Shown piece after piece: positions 60,671 through 64,000 of a stretch of DNA of 64,000 nt; within the stretch, counting starts at the first letter, position 1; every line of letters starts with the position of its first letter. The stretch covers positions 47,802,001 to 47,866,000 of the forward strand of contig OZ024744.1 in NCBI GenBank assembly GCA_964016885.1, written 5' to 3'. Below the pieces are notes generated by a model. That model was not told the DNA's origin. It saw nothing but the letters and a program-made list of their open reading frames with translations, and ran no database searches. The translations under genes were made by a program, and so were the position numbers. The stretch is from Eledone cirrhosa (lineage: Eukaryota).

Positions 60671-63600
60671 TTAGACTATCAAGACCAGAACATTAACAGC
60701 ATCACATAGTCTATCAAGACCAGAACAGCAACAACATCACATTAGACTATCAAGACCAGAACACCACCCACATCACATTAGACTATCAAGACCAGAACAC
60801 CAAACACATCACATTAGACTATCAAGACCAGAACACCAACCACATTAGACTACCAAGACCAGAACACCAACCACATCACATTGGACTATTAAGACCAGAA
60901 CACCAACCACATTAGACTATCAAGACCAGAACTCCAACCACATTAGACTATCAAGACCAGAACACCAACCACATCACATTAGACTATCAAAACCATAACA
61001 CCAACCACATTAGACTATCAAGACCATAACACCAACCACATTAGACTATCAAGACCAGAACAACAACTAGATCACATTAGACTATCAAGACCAGAACATC
61101 AACAATATCATTTTAGACTATCAAGACCAGAACACCAACAACATAACATTAGACTATCAAGACCAGAACACCAACCACATCACATTAGACTATCAAGACC
61201 GGAACACCAACCACATCACATTAGACTATCAAGACCAGAACACCAACCACATCACATTAGACTATCAAGACGTGAACACCAACCACATTAGACTATCAAG
61301 ACCAGAACACCAACCACATTAGACTATCAAGACCAGAACACCAACCACATTAGACTATCAAGACCAGAACACCAACCACATCACATTAGACTATCAAGAC
61401 CAGAACACCAACCACATTAGATTTCAAGACCAGAACACCAACCACATTATACTATCAAGACCAGAACACCAACCACATTAGACTATCAAGACCAGAACAC
61501 CAACCACATCACATTAGACTATCAAGAACAGAACACCAACCACATCACATTAGACTATCAAGACCAGTACACCAACCACATCACATTAGACTATCAAGAC
61601 CAGAACACCAACCACATCACATTAGACTATCAAGACGTGAACACCAACCACATTAGACTATCAAGACCAGAACACCAACAACATTAGACTATCAAGACCA
61701 GAACACCAACCACATTAGACTATCAAGACCAGAACACCAACCACATCACATTAGACTATCAAGACCAGAACACCAACAACATCACATTAGACTACCAAGA
61801 CCATAACACCAACCATATTAAACTATCAAGACCAGAACACCAACCACATCACATTAGACTATCAAGACCAGAACACCAACCACATTAGACTATCAAGACC
61901 TGAACACCAATCACATTAGACTATCAAGACCAGAACACCAACCACATCACATTAGAATATCAAGACCAGAACACCAACCACATTAGACTATCAAGACCAG
62001 AACACCAACCACATCACATTAGACTATCAAGACCAGAACACCAACCACATTAGACTATCAAGAACAGAACACCAACCACATTAGACTATCAAGAAAAGAA
62101 CACCAACCACATTAGACTATCAAGACCAGAACACCAACCACATCACATTAGACTATCAAGACCAGAACACTAACCACATTAGACTATCAAGACCAGAACA
62201 CTAACAACATCACATAGTCTATCAAGACCAGAACACCAACAACATCACAATAGACTATAAAGACCAGAACACCAACAACATCACATTAGACTATCAAGAC
62301 CAGAACACCACCCACATCACATTAGACTATCAAAACCAGAACACCAAACACATCACATAAGACTATCAAGACCAGAACACCAACCACATTAGACTACCAT
62401 GACCAGAACAACAACCACATCACATTAGACTATTAAGACCAGAACACCAACCACATCACATTAGACTATCAAGACCAGAACACCAACCACATTAGACTAT
62501 CAAGACCAGAACTCCAACCACATCACATTAGACTATCAAGACCAGAACACCAACCACATTAGACTATCAAGACCAGAACACCAACCACATCACATTAGAC
62601 TATCAAGACCAGAACACCAACCACATCACATTAGACTATCAAGACCAGAACACCAACCACATCACATTAGACTATCAAGACCATAACACCAACCACATTA
62701 GACTATCAAGACCATAACACCAACCACATTAGACTATCAAGACCAGAACACCAACCACATTAGACTATCAAGACCAGAACACCAACCACATTAGACTATC
62801 AAGACCAGAACACCAATCACATCACATAAGACTATCAAGACCAGAACATAAACCACATCACATTAGACTATCAAGACCAGAACACCAACCACATCACATT
62901 AGACTATCAAGACCAGAACACCAACCACATCACATTAGACCATCAAGACCAGAACACCAACCACATCACATTAGACTATCAAGACCAGAACACCAACCAC
63001 ATCACATTAGACTATCAAGACCAGAACACCAACCACATTAGACTATCAAGACCAGAACACCAACCACATTAGACTATCAAGACCAGAACACCAACCACAT
63101 TAGACTATCAAGACCAGAACACCAACCACATCACATAAGACTATCAAGACCAGAACATAAACCACATCACATTAGACTATCAAGACCAGAACACCAACCA
63201 CATCACATTAGACTATCAAGACCAGAACACCAACCACATCACATTAGACTATCAAGACCAGAACACTAACCACATTAGACTATCAAGACCAGAACACCAA
63301 CCACATTAGACTATCAAGACCAGAACACCAACCACATTAGACTATCAAGACCAGAACACCAACCACATTAGACTATCAAGACCAGAACTCCAACCACATT
63401 AGACTATCAAGACCAGAACACCAACCACATCACATTAGACTATCAAGACCAGAACACCAACAATATCATTTTAGACTATCAAGACCAGAACACCAACCAC
63501 ATTAGACTATCAAGACCAGAACACCAACAACATTAGACTATCAAGACCAGAACACCAACCACATCACATTAGACTATCAAGACCAGAACACCAACCACGT

Positions 63601-64000
63601 TAGACTATCAAGACCAGAACACCAACCACATCACATTTGACTATCAAGACCAGAACACCAACCACATCACATTAGACTATCAAGACCAGAACACAAACCA
63701 CATCACATTAGACTATCAAGACCAGAACACCAACCACATCACATTAGACTATCAAGACCAGAACACCAACCACATTAGACTATCAAGACCAGAACTCCAA
63801 CCACATTAGACTATCAAGAGAAGAACACCAACCACATCACATTAGACTATCAAGACCAGAACTCCAACCACATTAGACTATCAAGACCAGAACACCAACA
63901 ACATTAGACTATCAACACCAGAACACCAACCACATTAGACTATCAAGACCAGAACTCCAACCACATTAGACTATCAAGACCAGAACACCAACCACATTAG
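60670..64000 (+). repeat. Domain B, copy 4 (runs off the window end)
   Basis: ATAGT 60706/62214, ACTAGATCAC 61066, GACGTG ~61269/61634, CCACGTTAG ~63595 and GAGAAG ~63818. The offset from copy 3 is 9,155 bp at the ACTAGATCAC marker. Confidence 0.85.

Larger units (their letters stand above)
1..64000. repeat. Satellite DNA tandem array of 31-bp (S) and 36-bp (L) monomers, about 1,950 copies, single orientation
   Basis: Every line consists of CTATCAAGACCAGAACACCAACCAC(ATCAC)ATTAGA with sparse substitutions. The S consensus has 14 A, 10 C, 4 T and 3 G (42% GC) and no CpG. No reverse-complement copies or foreign sequence were seen. Confidence 0.99.

Noticed and set aside
1-64000. CRISPR array (31-36 bp units resemble direct-repeat or spacer sizes)
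   Set aside because: Units abut directly with no unique spacers. There is no palindromic repeat, leader or cas gene.
1-64000. Giant repeat-protein CDS on the + strand (L units read LSRPEHQPHHIR or YQDQNTNHITLD)
   Set aside because: Each 31-bp S unit shifts the frame, so any frame meets the TAG in CATTAGA by the third S unit. Open stretches are a few hundred bp at most, and ATG occurs only in rare variants.
1-64000. Minus-strand mini-ORF in every unit (ATG TGG TTG GTG TTC TGG TCT TGA = MWLVFWS*)
   Set aside because: Seven codons in a 31-bp repeat is expected by chance and there are no expression signals. TAA, TGA and TAG in each unit close longer frames.
1-64000. Rolling-circle or reverse-transcriptase concatemer, or an amplification/sequencing artefact of one short template
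   Set aside because: Variants are inherited in fixed combinations across copies up to 60 kb apart. This indicates genomic duplication history rather than independent copying errors from one template.
1-64000. G-quadruplex array (minus strand TGTGGTTGGTGT resembles part of the thrombin-binding aptamer GGTTGGTGTGGTTGG)
   Set aside because: There are only three GG doublets per unit and no GGG. A two-tier G4 would need a loop of 17 nt or more, so stability is doubtful.
1-64000. S/L order as a deliberate information code (synthetic DNA storage or a biological recording tape)
   Set aside because: The pattern is accounted for by a 19-mer HOR plus nested duplications and deletions with accumulating SNPs, as in natural satellites.
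1-64000. Embedded transposon, tRNA/rRNA, promoter or terminator
   Set aside because: No non-repeat sequence, inverted repeat or stable hairpin was seen. TATAAA at ~2491, ~46927, ~53137 and ~62256 is a single-base variant of TATCAA.

Overview
The whole 64 kb window is one uninterrupted head-to-tail satellite array, and both ends fall inside the repeat. I found no unique sequence, inversion, insertion, gene, RNA gene or CRISPR spacer. The monomer has two lengths: S = 31 bp (CTATCAAGACCAGAACACCAACCACATTAGA) and L = 36 bp (the same with CACAT duplicated). That gives roughly 1,950 copies, estimated from a mean unit of about 32.7 bp. The + strand is strongly A/C-rich (24 of 31 bases). Tracking rare variant monomers by eye shows a nested hierarchy: 5-bp submotifs, 31/36-bp monomers, a 19-monomer 619-bp higher-order repeat (HOR), two alternating domain types (A and B), and kb-scale tandem duplications (160, 309, 1,544, 1,630 and 13,112 bp). 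A young, homogeneous A-domain expansion of about 40 kb lies in the middle. This architecture is typical of eukaryotic centromeric, pericentromeric or subtelomeric satellite, but I do not recognise the family and cannot assign organism or function. I see no supportable novel gene system; the interest lies in the array architecture. All coordinates were read manually and boundaries are accurate to about one or two monomers.
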